DNA of 64,000 bases from a virus (IMGVR_UViG_2636415863_000002:1-64000); one strand, 5' to 3'. Shown: positions 44,147 to 53,162, counted from the stretch's first letter. Numbers and translations: made by a program. Notes: generated by a model not told the origin, from the sequence alone.

Positions 44147-45442
44147 TCAGATGGTCTTGTTAGCTGACTGCGTGTCGGCCTGTTCGCGGGCCGCCTGCTT
44201 CTTTGCGGCATCGCAGTACGGTTGCGTGTCACCGGCCCGCCTGAGGGGCGGCACGCCCCCGTTGTGACGCCGACCGTCGGGGGTCCCCGGGGCCTTCTTC
44301 GCGCCGGGCGCCTTTTGGGATCCCACCTGCGACGAGTCGCCCAGTACCGGCATCTCCGAGATGGTCTTCATACGGGCCTGCGCGGCCCTGCTCTGGGCCT
44401 CCAATTCGGGCCGCACGCCGACCACCTTGGAGCCGGTGACGCGGTACCAGGCGTCCGCCCAAATCTGTTCGGTGACCGTGGCCGAACCCCGCGCGGAGCG
44501 CAGCGCCTCGGCGACCTCCCACACGTCGGGGTGTTGCTCCTGGCGGTCCTTGTCCTTACGCGCTTGCTCTTCGTCAGCGCGCTTCTGCTGCTCGGCCTTC
44601 TGTTCGGCGGCTCGCATTTCAGCGGCGGCCTTTTCTGCCTTGACCTTCTCGCGCTCCTCTGTCTCCTTCTTCGCCTGGCGCTCGGCTGCACGCTTCTCCC
44701 GCCAGGACGGAATGCCGTCGGCTTTCTGTGCGATGCCGTGCTCGTAGGCCATCAGCACGATCGGGCCAACAAGGGACGCGATGGCGCCGACCAGGCCGGC
44801 GTTAAAGCCGATCGCTTCGTTCGTCATGCCGCCGCGCATGTTGATCGTGGCCGCGATTGCGGCGCCAAGCATGATGCCGACCCGGTATGGGGCGACGTCC
44901 CGCCGGTGGGCCACTGCCCACGCAGCCCCGCACGCCAGGACCAGGGCGATGCCCTCCAGCATGGCGGGCGCGGCGACCAGAAAGGGGCGGCGCTCGTCCC
45001 AGAAATCGAGGAACTGCACCGGGGCGGCGATGATGAGGCAGACGGCGTAGATGCCGCGGGCGCCCCACTTCCAGTACCGCTCGGAGCGCTCTTGCTCGGC
45101 CAGCTGCTGCGCCTCGCGCTCGGCCTCCTCCTCTTCGGCCTTCTTCGCCTTCGCCTCTTCGGCGTTGGACTTCGCCGTGTCGGCGGCCTTCTTCGCGAGG
45201 TACGCCTTGTAGTCGGCCTTCTCCTTGCCCAGCCGCATCGCGGCGCGCTCGTTGGCGATGCGCAGCTTCTCGGCTTCCTCCTTCGCCGTGATCTTCTCGG
45301 CGTCTGCCTTGCCCTCGGCTTCGATCCGGCGGGCTTCCGCCTCGGACTCGGCACGGCTACGGATCGCCTCCGCCTCGGCCAGGGCAATCGGGTCGAACCG
45401 CGTGTCAGCAGCGGTGGCCTTGTCTTCGATGACGGTCGTCAT
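44147..45442 (-). CDS. Spd-like membrane protein with coiled coils
   Basis: Four TM helices flanked by charged coiled coils; directly upstream of traB. Confidence 0.7.
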   Translation of the reverse strand: MTTVIEDKATAADTRFDPIALAEAEAIRSRAESEAEARRIEAEGKADAEKITAKEEAEKLRIANERAAMRLGKEKADYKAYLAKKAADTAKSNAEEAKAKKAEEEEAEREAQQLAEQERSERYWKWGARGIYAVCLIIAAPVQFLDFWDERRPFLVAAPAMLEGIALVLACGAAWAVAHRRDVAPYRVGIMLGAAIAATINMRGGMTNEAIGFNAGLVGAIASLVGPIVLMAYEHGIAQKADGIPSWREKRAAERQAKKETEEREKVKAEKAAAEMRAAEQKAEQQKRADEEQARKDKDRQEQHPDVWEVAEALRSARGSATVTEQIWADAWYRVTGSKVVGVRPELEAQSRAAQARMKTISEMPVLGDSSQVGSQKAPGAKKAPGTPDGRRHNGGVPPLRRAGDTQPYCDAAKKQAAREQADTQSANKTI

Positions 45443-45477
45443 CGGGCTTCTCCTTCCTTACTGGTGGGGCGGGGCGG

Positions 45478-45696
45478 TTAGGCGGCGGTTCGGTAGTCGT
45501 CGTGGGCGGCGGCGGAGGCGGGCTTGCGGATGCGCTGCTCCTCGACCGCGCCGTCCCCTGCGATGCCGGCCAGGACAAGGACGGCGATCACGATGCGGAT
45601 TCCGGGCGGTACGGACAGGCCCATGAACCAGGCCAGCCCCGCGATCAGTAAGGCGACCCGGGCTCGGGTCAGGCCGATCAAAAGTCCGTGACGCAT
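45478..45696 (-). CDS. Small two-TM membrane protein
   Basis: 72 aa hydrophobic; AAAGGA RBS. Confidence 0.65.
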   Translation of the reverse strand: MRHGLLIGLTRARVALLIAGLAWFMGLSVPPGIRIVIAVLVLAGIAGDGAVEEQRIRKPASAAAHDDYRTAA

Positions 45697-45789
45697 GACG
45701 GTGTCCTTTGACAGGGGTGAGGGTGGGTGCTGCGTCGGATCTCCTCACCGCCGGTACGAGACCGGCGGATCGGGCTACCGACGAGCGGG

Positions 45790-45993
45790 TTAGCGGGCGG
45801 GGCTGAGCTCTTCGGCGTAGAACCCGCGGTGGCCCCTGACCGCCTCGGCGACTCGACCGTCGATGCCCTTCACAGTCATCAGGCCGCCGGACTTCGAGCC
45901 GTCGTCGACGACAACGCCGGTCTTGCCCTTCGCTGTGCGGTTTTCGCGGCTGGGGTTGGTGACGGTGACGCGGTCTCCCTTGCGGAAGCGCAT
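45790..45993 (-). CDS. Small KOW/SH3-like protein
   Basis: FRKGDRVTV...GKTGVVV; GAGG RBS. Confidence 0.6.
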   Translation of the reverse strand: MRFRKGDRVTVTNPSRENRTAKGKTGVVVDDGSKSGGLMTVKGIDGRVAEAVRGHRGFYAEELSPAR

Positions 45994-46088
45994 TTGGTGT
46001 CCTCTCGGTAGGCGGCCGGCTGGTCCGGCTCCCCGCGGTCCCGGCGCCAGCTGCGGTTCTGGCGTTGCTCCGGGGCCACAGGCAGCCG

Positions 46089-46421
46089 TTAGCGGCGGGC
46101 GAGACGCTTCTTCCGGCTGGCTTCTCGTATGGCAAGGACATCCGCCGGTGTGACGAGTACCTCGTCGTCCTGCTCGAACATGGCCCTGACGTGGGTGGGC
46201 TTGGTGTCGTACATCGGGCCGTAGCGCAGGCACACGCCCTGAGCCGAGTTCGCGCCGGACATCCACGAGCCGGTGATCGGCGAACGCTTATCGAAGACGT
46301 GCGAATCCCAGACCGGCTCTTCGCCCCACGGATTCACCGTGGTGTGGATCGTGTAGTAGGTCTTGCCGGGCACTACCTGCCGGCCGAACTTCTTGTAGTC
46401 GCCGGGCTCCCAAACAGTCAT
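46089..46421 (-). CDS. Hypothetical protein
   Basis: 110 aa; GAGGAG RBS. Confidence 0.65.
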   Translation of the reverse strand: MTVWEPGDYKKFGRQVVPGKTYYTIHTTVNPWGEEPVWDSHVFDKRSPITGSWMSGANSAQGVCLRYGPMYDTKPTHVRAMFEQDDEVLVTPADVLAIREASRKKRLARR

Positions 46422-46526
46422 GTCTGTCTCCTCAACTCGATGCGTGGATGGGTGGGGTTCACGTCTGGTCCGGCTGGCCGGCTCCCCGTCCCGCTCGGTG
46501 GTAGCCCGAGCGGGACAGGCATCCGG

Positions 46527-46688
46527 TCAGTCCTTCTTGGACTCCGAGCGGCCGGCGAGCTTGGCCTCGCGGGCTTTGGCCTCGTCCTCGGTTGTGAAGT
46601 GGACCCAGGGGGTGTCTCCCTCGACCTGGTAGCGCGGCCGCGGAACGCCGTAGATCTCGCTGGGGACGTAGCTCTTGCGGATGGCCAT
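46527..46688 (-). CDS. Small hypothetical protein (53 aa, not in ORF track)
   Basis: Manual translation MAIRKSYVPSEIYGVPRPRYQV...; AAGGG RBS. Confidence 0.55.
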   Translation of the reverse strand: MAIRKSYVPSEIYGVPRPRYQVEGDTPWVHFTTEDEAKAREAKLAGRSESKKD

Positions 46689-46780
46689 GGGGTTCCCTTC
46701 GTCGGTGTGGTGTCGGTGTCGGTGCGTGCCCCTGCCTGCACTTGCGGCATACGTCCGGGAGACCGGGCAGGGGCTGGGGG

Positions 46781-46951
46781 TTAGCTGCTCTTGCGGTCGA
46801 TGTCGTCGGCGACGCGGCGGGCTTCACGGGCGAACCCCTCGTGCATCTCCACGTCGGCGGTGTTGCCGGCCTTGCGGGCTTCGGCGGCGTATCGGTCGGC
46901 GTTCGCGGCGGCCTCGCGGTTGCCCTCGGCGGTGTCGAATCGGCTGCGCAT
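46781..46951 (-). CDS. Small helical protein (56 aa, not in ORF track)
   Basis: MRSRFDTAEGNREAAANADRYAAEA...; AAGGAGG RBS. Confidence 0.6.
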   Translation of the reverse strand: MRSRFDTAEGNREAAANADRYAAEARKAGNTADVEMHEGFAREARRVADDIDRKSS

Positions 46952-46963
46952 GTGATGCCTCCT

Positions 46964-47143
46964 TCAGCGGCTGGTGGTGCGGTGGGCGTTGATCTGGGCG
47001 GGGGTGGCGCCGGCCCGGACCGCGGTGCGGATCGCAGCCTGGGCGGCGAGTCGAGCGCCGGGCTTCGGCGCCTCACCCCGCTCGATCGGACCGAGGTAGG
47101 CGTCCGCCTGGCGGGCAGCGGCGAGGACAGCGGCGGCGGACAT
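46964..47143 (-). CDS. Small hypothetical protein
   Basis: MSAAAVLAAARQAD..., coupled to upstream stop. Confidence 0.55.
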   Translation of the reverse strand: MSAAAVLAAARQADAYLGPIERGEAPKPGARLAAQAAIRTAVRAGATPAQINAHRTTSR

Positions 47144-47319
47144 CACGCGGCGGCCGGCTGACGGAAGCCGCGGATCTCGTCCATCAGCCGAGGACCGTCG
47201 GGATCCGCCTGATCCAGGTCGAGGGCGGCCAGCTGAATGCCCAGCTGACGGTCCAGGTCGCCCTTGGCAACGGCGTCGCGGTACTCGTTCAGGTAGGCGA
47301 TACGGGTGTTCTCGGGCAT
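47143..47319 (-). CDS. Small hypothetical protein (58 aa, not in ORF track)
   Basis: MPENTRIAYLNEYRDAV...; GAGG RBS. Confidence 0.55.
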   Translation of the reverse strand: MPENTRIAYLNEYRDAVAKGDLDRQLGIQLAALDLDQADPDGPRLMDEIRGFRQPAAA

Positions 47320-47363
47320 GACGGTGGTCCTCTCGGAAGGTGTGGGTGGTGAAGAGGTACGGG

Positions 47364-47621
47364 TCAGGCGGTGGCCGGGGCGGCGGTCTCACCGCGGGAG
47401 ACGCGGGCGGCATCGAGGTACCGCTGCGCCTCGTCGAGATCGAGGTTCAGCTGGTAGCGACCGAAGGCGTAGGCGCTAACGTCCTGTGCGGTGACGTCAG
47501 CAGTGACGGGGTGGTAGCGGAGGGACTCCGGGCGACGCCGGTCGGCCACCTCGCCGAGGAGGTGGTGGGCGACACGCATGAGCTTCTGGTGACGCTGGCG
47601 GGCCTGGTACTTGGCGAGCAT
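47364..47621 (-). CDS. Small hypothetical protein
   Basis: 85 aa; AAGGA RBS. Confidence 0.6.
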   Translation of the reverse strand: MLAKYQARQRHQKLMRVAHHLLGEVADRRRPESLRYHPVTADVTAQDVSAYAFGRYQLNLDLDEAQRYLDAARVSRGETAAPATA

Positions 47622-47975
47622 CGGACGAGTCCTTCCGGTTCGGGTCGGGGTGATCTGCGTGGGGAGTGGGTCTTTCAGGCGCGGTAGACGGGCGGACGGA
47701 CGCCCGCGCGGAGTTCGCGGATGATCGAGCAGGGGCCCTTGGTCGCGCAGTACGCGTCGTCGGTGTCCGGCAGGGCGTTACCCGTGGTACCCCGCATGTC
47801 GCGGGTGGGATGAGGTGAGGTTGGAGAGCCGCGCCCGGGACGCCGGGGGTAGTCAGCCCGCAGGCGCGGCGGTCAGAGGGTTACAGCGACCCGCCGGGAG
47901 TCCGCTTCGGAAGCGGCGGCAGAGCGGGCGGAGGATCAGCCCGGTCGTGCTGAGGCTCAGGCTCAGACGACACCG

Positions 47976-48206
47976 TCACCGCCCCCGAACCGGCTGAACC
48001 GCATACCGAGCAGCCGACTCATACGCCTCACGAGCCGCCCACCTGTACATGTCCAGCTGACCGTGCGACGGATGACGGGGATCGGCAGAGATCGCGACGA
48101 TCCGGGCCGTAAGCCCGTCCCCGCGAATCTGCTCCGCATGCGCAAGCTCCGGAGCCACAGACGGATCCGAGTCGCCCGGGAACGGGGCAGGACAGGTAGC
48201 CATCAC
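47976..48206 (-). CDS. Small hypothetical protein
   Basis: 76 aa, GTGA overlap with upstream gene. Confidence 0.5.
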   Translation of the reverse strand: MMATCPAPFPGDSDPSVAPELAHAEQIRGDGLTARIVAISADPRHPSHGQLDMYRWAAREAYESAARYAVQPVRGR

Positions 48207-48553
48207 GCCACCGCCAGAGCGGAGGCGTCGATCAGGTGCAGCAGGCCAGCCCGCTCCAGCACAAGCCGGGCTTCGACCATCGTGTCCTGCGCGAGAGCCA
48301 GGGAGTCGAACTGGGCGGCGGACATACCGCGGGCATCCAGGCCGGCCAACTCCACGACCCGCAGCGCAGCGACCTCGAAGCGCGTGACCGCACGCTGAAC
48401 CTCCGGCGAGACCCGGACGTGCGAGCCGAACTTGTGGGCGGCGATGTCCGCCGCAGTCATGGCGGGGGTGGTGCTGGGGTAGCAGCCGGCCGGTACGGAA
48501 GTGGCGGTCGGGGCGCTAGCAGTACTACGCGGGACGCAAGTACTATCGGTCAT
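48203..48553 (-). CDS. First gene of the leftward transfer operon, hypothetical
   Basis: AGGAGG RBS; C-terminal L.RAGLLHLI motif. Confidence 0.65.
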   Translation of the reverse strand: MTDSTCVPRSTASAPTATSVPAGCYPSTTPAMTAADIAAHKFGSHVRVSPEVQRAVTRFEVAALRVVELAGLDARGMSAAQFDSLALAQDTMVEARLVLERAGLLHLIDASALAVA

Positions 48554-48590
48554 GTCTGGTCCTCCTGGTGATGCAGGTGGAACTGGGCGC

Positions 48591-48700
48591 CTCGGCAAGG
48601 TGTGCAACCACCTAGCCGGGATTGAGGCCCTTCCCGGTGTGCAACCACTGGGGAGGGCCGCTTCCAGCCCCGGCCTGGTGTGCAACCACCTGCCGGGGCT
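48591..48700 (-). ncRNA. Putative leader RNA with three tandem hairpins, identical GUUGCA loops
   Basis: GGTGTGCAACCAC at 48599, 48636, 48677, each centred in a different 12-14 bp stem. Confidence 0.6.
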
Positions 48701-48713
48701 TCGTTCGTCTTCG

Positions 48714-48765
48714 ACACTAGAGGAGAACTTGCGTGTTGACAAGTACTGCCCACCGAGTGGAAAGT
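48714..48765. promoter_or_regulatory. Divergent promoters with overlapping -35 boxes
   Basis: Minus: TTGTCA-17-TAGTGT; plus: TTGACA-18-GAAAGT, 7 nt before ATG 48773. Confidence 0.6.
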
Positions 48766-48772
48766 TGTAGCC

Positions 48773-49075
48773 ATGACCCCAGATGACGAGAAGGGGGGGA
48801 TGCCCGAATTCGTCACCTTCACGCAGATCGCGAAGCGCGTGAACGAACAGGACCTGGTTAGCCGCCCCATCACTCGGCAAGGCGTCCGATACATCGCCGA
48901 CCACGACCCCGACTGGCCTGTCCCGCAGGACCGCTGGATGAAAATTGGCTCGGCCTGGGCAATGCCCTGGGAGCCGATCGAGAGGTTCTTCCGGGAGCGC
49001 ACCACGCCTCGCGGAAGAGGGCCGGTCGCCAAATCGGACGATGCGCCACCGAAGAGCTCCGAGCCGGAGCAGTAA
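48773..49075 (+). CDS. Small HTH DNA-binding protein (repressor/excisionase-like)
   Basis: VTFTQIAKRV...ITRQGVRYIA...DWP; divergent from transfer operon. Confidence 0.7.
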   Translation: MTPDDEKGGMPEFVTFTQIAKRVNEQDLVSRPITRQGVRYIADHDPDWPVPQDRWMKIGSAWAMPWEPIERFFRERTTPRGRGPVAKSDDAPPKSSEPEQ

Positions 49076-49205
49076 TTCTTCATGCCCCCAGCGCACCACC
49101 ACGCTGGGTCACGATCCAGATCCAGCCTGTTGTCAATCGGCAACAGGCGGATCTGAAAACACCAACCCCCTCCGCACCATTCGAATACGGCGACAGGATT
49201 GCGGC

Positions 49206-50408
49206 ATGACCTTCGGATCGGAGCTCCGCCACTACCGGCAAGACGCCGGAATGTCTCTCGCTGAACTCGCTTGCCGCGTCCACATGACTAGGGCCCACAT
49301 CCATAACGTCGAGACCGGGCGCCGCGCCCCGAGCAGCGATCTCGCCGCAGCGGCCGACGTAGCCCTCGCAGCATGTGGCCGGCTGGTCGCCGAGTTCGAC
49401 CGGGAGGACCGGGAACGGCAACGGCAAGCCGCCACCCGAAAGACTCTCGCTGCTTCCCTCGCCACCTCGCGAGATCTGATGGCGCTGGCCGACCTGGAGC
49501 TCGATGAATTGCAGGCGGGAGTGGAGGAGACCGCGGTCGACTACCTCGGAACCGCGCCGGGCCCGATGCTGCTGCGCGCTGACTCGCTTCGCCGTGATGC
49601 CCTGGCGCGCCTGCGGGACTACAGGCACGGGCCGCACGAGCGAGCCGATCTGTACGTCTCCGCAGGACGACTCTCCGGCATCCTCGCCTACGCCGCCCTC
49701 GACCTCGGCGACTCGGCAGCGGCGTTAGAGCACGCGCGGGCGGCCGGACGTTGCGCCCAGTACGCCGGCGACACTGAGCTGCTGATGTGGGTGCGCGGCA
49801 CCCAGTCGCTGATCTCCCGCTTCGCCGGCGACTACGGCATCGCCCTCGACTACGTGCGAGACGGGCTCCAGTACGCCGGTGACGTGCCCGGCACCGGCGA
49901 GGCGCGCCTGCTGTGCGGCGAGGTCCAGTGCCTGGCGAACCTCGGCGACTCCCGGGCGGCGAACCGGACGCTGCGCCTTGCCGAGCAGGCGCGGGAACGC
50001 GTGCAGCGACCCGACAGCCTGACCGGTCTCTTCGAGTTTTCCGAGACGAAGCAGCGCTACTACGCCGCCAGCTCCCTGATCTGGCTGAACGGCGGCGACG
50101 ACGCGCGAACCGCGGCAACCGAAGCCGAGGCGGCAATCGCATCGTGGCAGCAGATGCCGCCCGAGCAGCGGTCCCTGGACGACGAGCGACTGTGCCATAT
50201 CTACCTGGCCACCGCCCAGGTGCAGCTCGGCGAGGTGGAAGCGGCCGCGGAGTCCATGGCCCCGGTGCTGGCGCTGCCGGTCGAGGATCAGATCAGTTGG
50301 ATCAACAAGCGGGCGCACCGGGTCGGCTCGATCCTCGCCGCGCCCCGCTACCACCAGTCTTCTGCTGCCGTCGATCTCCGGGAAGCCATCGCGGCCCTCG
50401 GTGCCTGA
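49206..50408 (+). CDS. XRE-family HTH regulator with C-terminal helical domain
   Basis: FGSELRHYRQDAGMSLAELA...HIHNVETGRR. Confidence 0.85.
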   Translation: MTFGSELRHYRQDAGMSLAELACRVHMTRAHIHNVETGRRAPSSDLAAAADVALAACGRLVAEFDREDRERQRQAATRKTLAASLATSRDLMALADLELDELQAGVEETAVDYLGTAPGPMLLRADSLRRDALARLRDYRHGPHERADLYVSAGRLSGILAYAALDLGDSAAALEHARAAGRCAQYAGDTELLMWVRGTQSLISRFAGDYGIALDYVRDGLQYAGDVPGTGEARLLCGEVQCLANLGDSRAANRTLRLAEQARERVQRPDSLTGLFEFSETKQRYYAASSLIWLNGGDDARTAATEAEAAIASWQQMPPEQRSLDDERLCHIYLATAQVQLGEVEAAAESMAPVLALPVEDQISWINKRAHRVGSILAAPRYHQSSAAVDLREAIAALGA

Positions 50409-50512
50409 GCAGCAGAAAGGCCGGGCGGTCATCACCCGCCCGGCCAGTTCGACCAGCGGGCTGCAACCCGCTGACCAGTAGAGATCCACACGCAAATGAG
50501 GAGAACTCTGCC

Positions 50513-50881
50513 ATGACTGTACTCGCTCCCGAGATTCCGTCCCAGACCAACCCAGCCGAGTGCCTGGTCTCACACCCGACCGCGTGCCCGTCGTGGTGTC
50601 GGGACCGTCACGCCCCCGTAGCGCACGAGTTTGGCCCGTCGGTGACGTCGCACTGGGGCGTGCAGGCCCGGCTGGACAATCCGGCGGCGTTCGGCGCCGG
50701 TGAGTCGTTCATGCGGGCGGAGCTGTACCGCTACGACGCCGGCTCGGAGGTCGGCGCCACCACGATGTACGTGCAGGGGCAGACCGACGTCGAGATGACG
50801 GCTGCGGAGGTGGACGTGCTCCTGGTCCAGGCGCAGGCGTTCGTGGACACGTTGCGGGTGTTGCGCGCGCAGATGGGCTGA
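50513..50881 (+). CDS. DUF6907-like protein
   Basis: CPSWC...H...H motif; GAGGAG RBS. Confidence 0.6.
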   Translation: MTVLAPEIPSQTNPAECLVSHPTACPSWCRDRHAPVAHEFGPSVTSHWGVQARLDNPAAFGAGESFMRAELYRYDAGSEVGATTMYVQGQTDVEMTAAEVDVLLVQAQAFVDTLRVLRAQMG

Positions 50882-51020
50882 TCGCCCCGAGTTCCTCACG
50901 GCCGGGCAGCCTCAGCTGTCCGGCCGTTCTCAGTTCTCCCGCGGGTGCAGCACTCGCGAATCCTGGAGCGTCCATGCACGAAACGAGTCCTGCCGTGGGC
51001 CCGCTGATGGGGGCGGGCGG

Positions 51021-51794
51021 ATGCTGAAGATCCGCCGTTCGAAGCCCGTCGACAACTTCACCATCTTGCCGAACGCCCTGCTGCGCGACGATCGGCTGAC
51101 GTACTGCGCCCGCGGCGTGCTCGCTGAGCTACTGAGCCGCCCTTCGGGCTGGGAGACGAACGCGGACGCCTTGTCAGAGCGGGCGCGCCGGCACCGCGGG
51201 GATGTCGTCGGCGAGGGGCGGCGTGGGTTGCGGGCCGCATTCACCGAACTGGAGGCGGCCGGCTACATCGTCCGTCGAAGGGAGCAGGCATCGAAGGGGC
51301 GATTCATCACGGTCCTTGAGGTCTACGACATCCCACAGGACCGAGGTACCGCTCGCGGTACGTCGGCAGACGGTACGTCGGCCAGCGTGACGTCGGCGGG
51401 CGGTACCTCTTCAGTAAGTACTGACGGAGGAAGGACTGATGAAGAAGATGCTGGCGAAGAACACTCCTCCGCGCTCGCTGGCGCTCGCGCGGGCCAGCAA
51501 GCCGGCCCGCAAGATCGACGGCGCGAGCAGCTCAACCGGCTGTACGAGGCCGCCAACGACCTCGACGATGACCAGCTGCGCCGACTGCTCCTCCAGTTCG
51601 AGAAGAAGCGGCCACGGATCTACCGGGAACAGCGGCAGTCGGCCCTCGCGCAGCTGGAGCGGGAATCGCCAGAGATCCTGCGCACCGCGAACTCAGTACG
51701 CGCTGTGGACCTGTTGAGCTTCAAATACGCGCTGATGCACTACCAGGAGCCAGGCATCCCGGAGTGGCTACGCCGCTTCCCGCAGCCGCGATGA
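51021..51794 (+). CDS. HTH replication-initiator-like protein
   Basis: NFTILPNALLRDDRLTYCARGVLAELLSRPSGW...ELEAAGYI winged helix; internal DNA repeats. Confidence 0.7.
   Translation: MLKIRRSKPVDNFTILPNALLRDDRLTYCARGVLAELLSRPSGWETNADALSERARRHRGDVVGEGRRGLRAAFTELEAAGYIVRRREQASKGRFITVLEVYDIPQDRGTARGTSADGTSASVTSAGGTSSVSTDGGRTDEEDAGEEHSSALAGARAGQQAGPQDRRREQLNRLYEAANDLDDDQLRRLLLQFEKKRPRIYREQRQSALAQLERESPEILRTANSVRAVDLLSFKYALMHYQEPGIPEWLRRFPQPR
51344..51424. repeat. Iteron-like repeats inside the rep-like gene
   Basis: CGGTACGTCGGC-type units at 51356, 51371, 51386, 51401 (15-bp period), then palindrome TCAGTA-AG-TACTGA. Confidence 0.55.
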
Positions 51795-51839
51795 CACCAC
51801 ACGGCCCTATCCGCACACTCACGAAAGGAACGATCACCG

Positions 51840-52145
51840 ATGGACGACATGATCCCGTACACCCACTGGGCGTACTTCTCCGACGAGGCCGGCGCCCGCC
51901 GCTGCGCCCAGGCCCTGCCCGACTTCGTGACACGTGTCCGCAAGGCGGCCGAGGGAGGCGAGTGGCTGCTGCTGGCCGGGCGGGACGTCGTCCGTGACCG
52001 TCTGCCGGAGCGGCACAGGGAGGTCGAGGAAATCGTCACCCGGCACGGCGGCAAGTACGACGGCGGCGAAGCCACATACCTCGGAACGGGACAGCCGGTC
52101 GCGGACCCGATGCTGATCCAGGATGGTGAGGGTGACGATGCCTGA
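51840..52145 (+). CDS. RraB-like fold protein
   Basis: HWAYFSDE...HGGKYDGGE. Confidence 0.55.
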   Translation: MDDMIPYTHWAYFSDEAGARRCAQALPDFVTRVRKAAEGGEWLLLAGRDVVRDRLPERHREVEEIVTRHGGKYDGGEATYLGTGQPVADPMLIQDGEGDDA

Positions 52146-52536
52146 TCAGCCCATCGCCGCCGCCGTAATCGTTCGGGGCTGCCGCGTGCTGCTGGTACGC
52201 CGAGCGGTCGAAGAAGGCGATCTGCGCTGGCAGTTCCCGGCGGGCAAGCTCGAGGCCGGCGAGACCGCGGAGCACGCAGCCGTCCGTGAGACCGAGGAGG
52301 AGGCCGGGCTGACCGTCGAGGCGGTCAAGACGCTGGGCAGTCGTATGCACCCGAAGACCGGCCGACTGATGCACTATGTCGCTTGCTCCCCCGTATCCGG
52401 TGAGGCGCACGTAGCCGACGAGGAGGAGCTCGCCGAGGTCGCGTGGGTCGCACACGGCGAGATCCCCGAGTACGTGCCCTACGGGCTGTTCGAGCCCGTG
52501 CAGGCGTATCTGGACGGGGAGCTGAGTGAGACGTGA
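52138..52536 (+). CDS. NUDIX hydrolase (Pif-like)
   Basis: GKLEAGETAEHAAVRETEEEAGL Nudix box. Confidence 0.9.
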   Translation: MPDQPIAAAVIVRGCRVLLVRRAVEEGDLRWQFPAGKLEAGETAEHAAVRETEEEAGLTVEAVKTLGSRMHPKTGRLMHYVACSPVSGEAHVADEEELAEVAWVAHGEIPEYVPYGLFEPVQAYLDGELSET

Positions 52537-52670
52537 GCGCTCCCCTACGGCGGCCTCCTTCACCGGCTTGGTCCGTCCTCATCCGGCCTGCGCGTCGGAA
52601 TGGTGCGTTCCGCCTCGTGTGCGCCACCCTCGTAGACTCGCTGTGCCCACCCCGAGAGGATTGATCGCTG

Positions 52671-53162
52671 ATGCGCCCGCAGAGGTTGATGGAGTTTGTC
52701 GCCGAGACGCTGACCAATGCCCCCGAGGTGCAGCGCGCTGTGCCGTGGCAGGAGGGTGGCGTCCGGCCGTATGGTGTGCAGGTCACGTTCCTTACGGGCG
52801 CGGAGTTGTGGCTCGGGGTTATGGCGCAAGCCGCGCCCGGCGAGAGCTATGACGAGCCGGAGGTGCCGGTGACGGCGGAGCCGCCGGCGGAGGTGGCGGT
52901 GCCGGAGCTGCTGGAGGGCGGCAAGGTCACGCCCTTGTCGGCGGAGGCGTACATCGCCGCGGTGTTGACGAACTCGGGTAGCGCGGAGATCAAGCGGGCG
53001 TATGGGTATTCGGAGGGGGCGACGATGACCAGGCCGACGTCGGCTCCGGGTGTCGGGCTGGAATTTCATTCGGCGGGGCGGGGCTTCTTGCCGTTCATTC
53101 ACACGGCTCGGGCTGGCCAGGGGAAGGGCCGGCAGGCGTTCGATCTTCAGGAAGCGTTCTGA
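52671..53162 (+). CDS. Hypothetical protein
   Basis: 163-aa ORF, GAGG RBS. Confidence 0.6.
   Translation: MRPQRLMEFVAETLTNAPEVQRAVPWQEGGVRPYGVQVTFLTGAELWLGVMAQAAPGESYDEPEVPVTAEPPAEVAVPELLEGGKVTPLSAEAYIAAVLTNSGSAEIKRAYGYSEGATMTRPTSAPGVGLEFHSAGRGFLPFIHTARAGQGKGRQAFDLQEAF

Noticed and set aside
48591-48700. Possible mini CRISPR array
   Set aside because: Repeat is only 13 bp, the intervening sequences form the hairpin stems, and no cas genes are present
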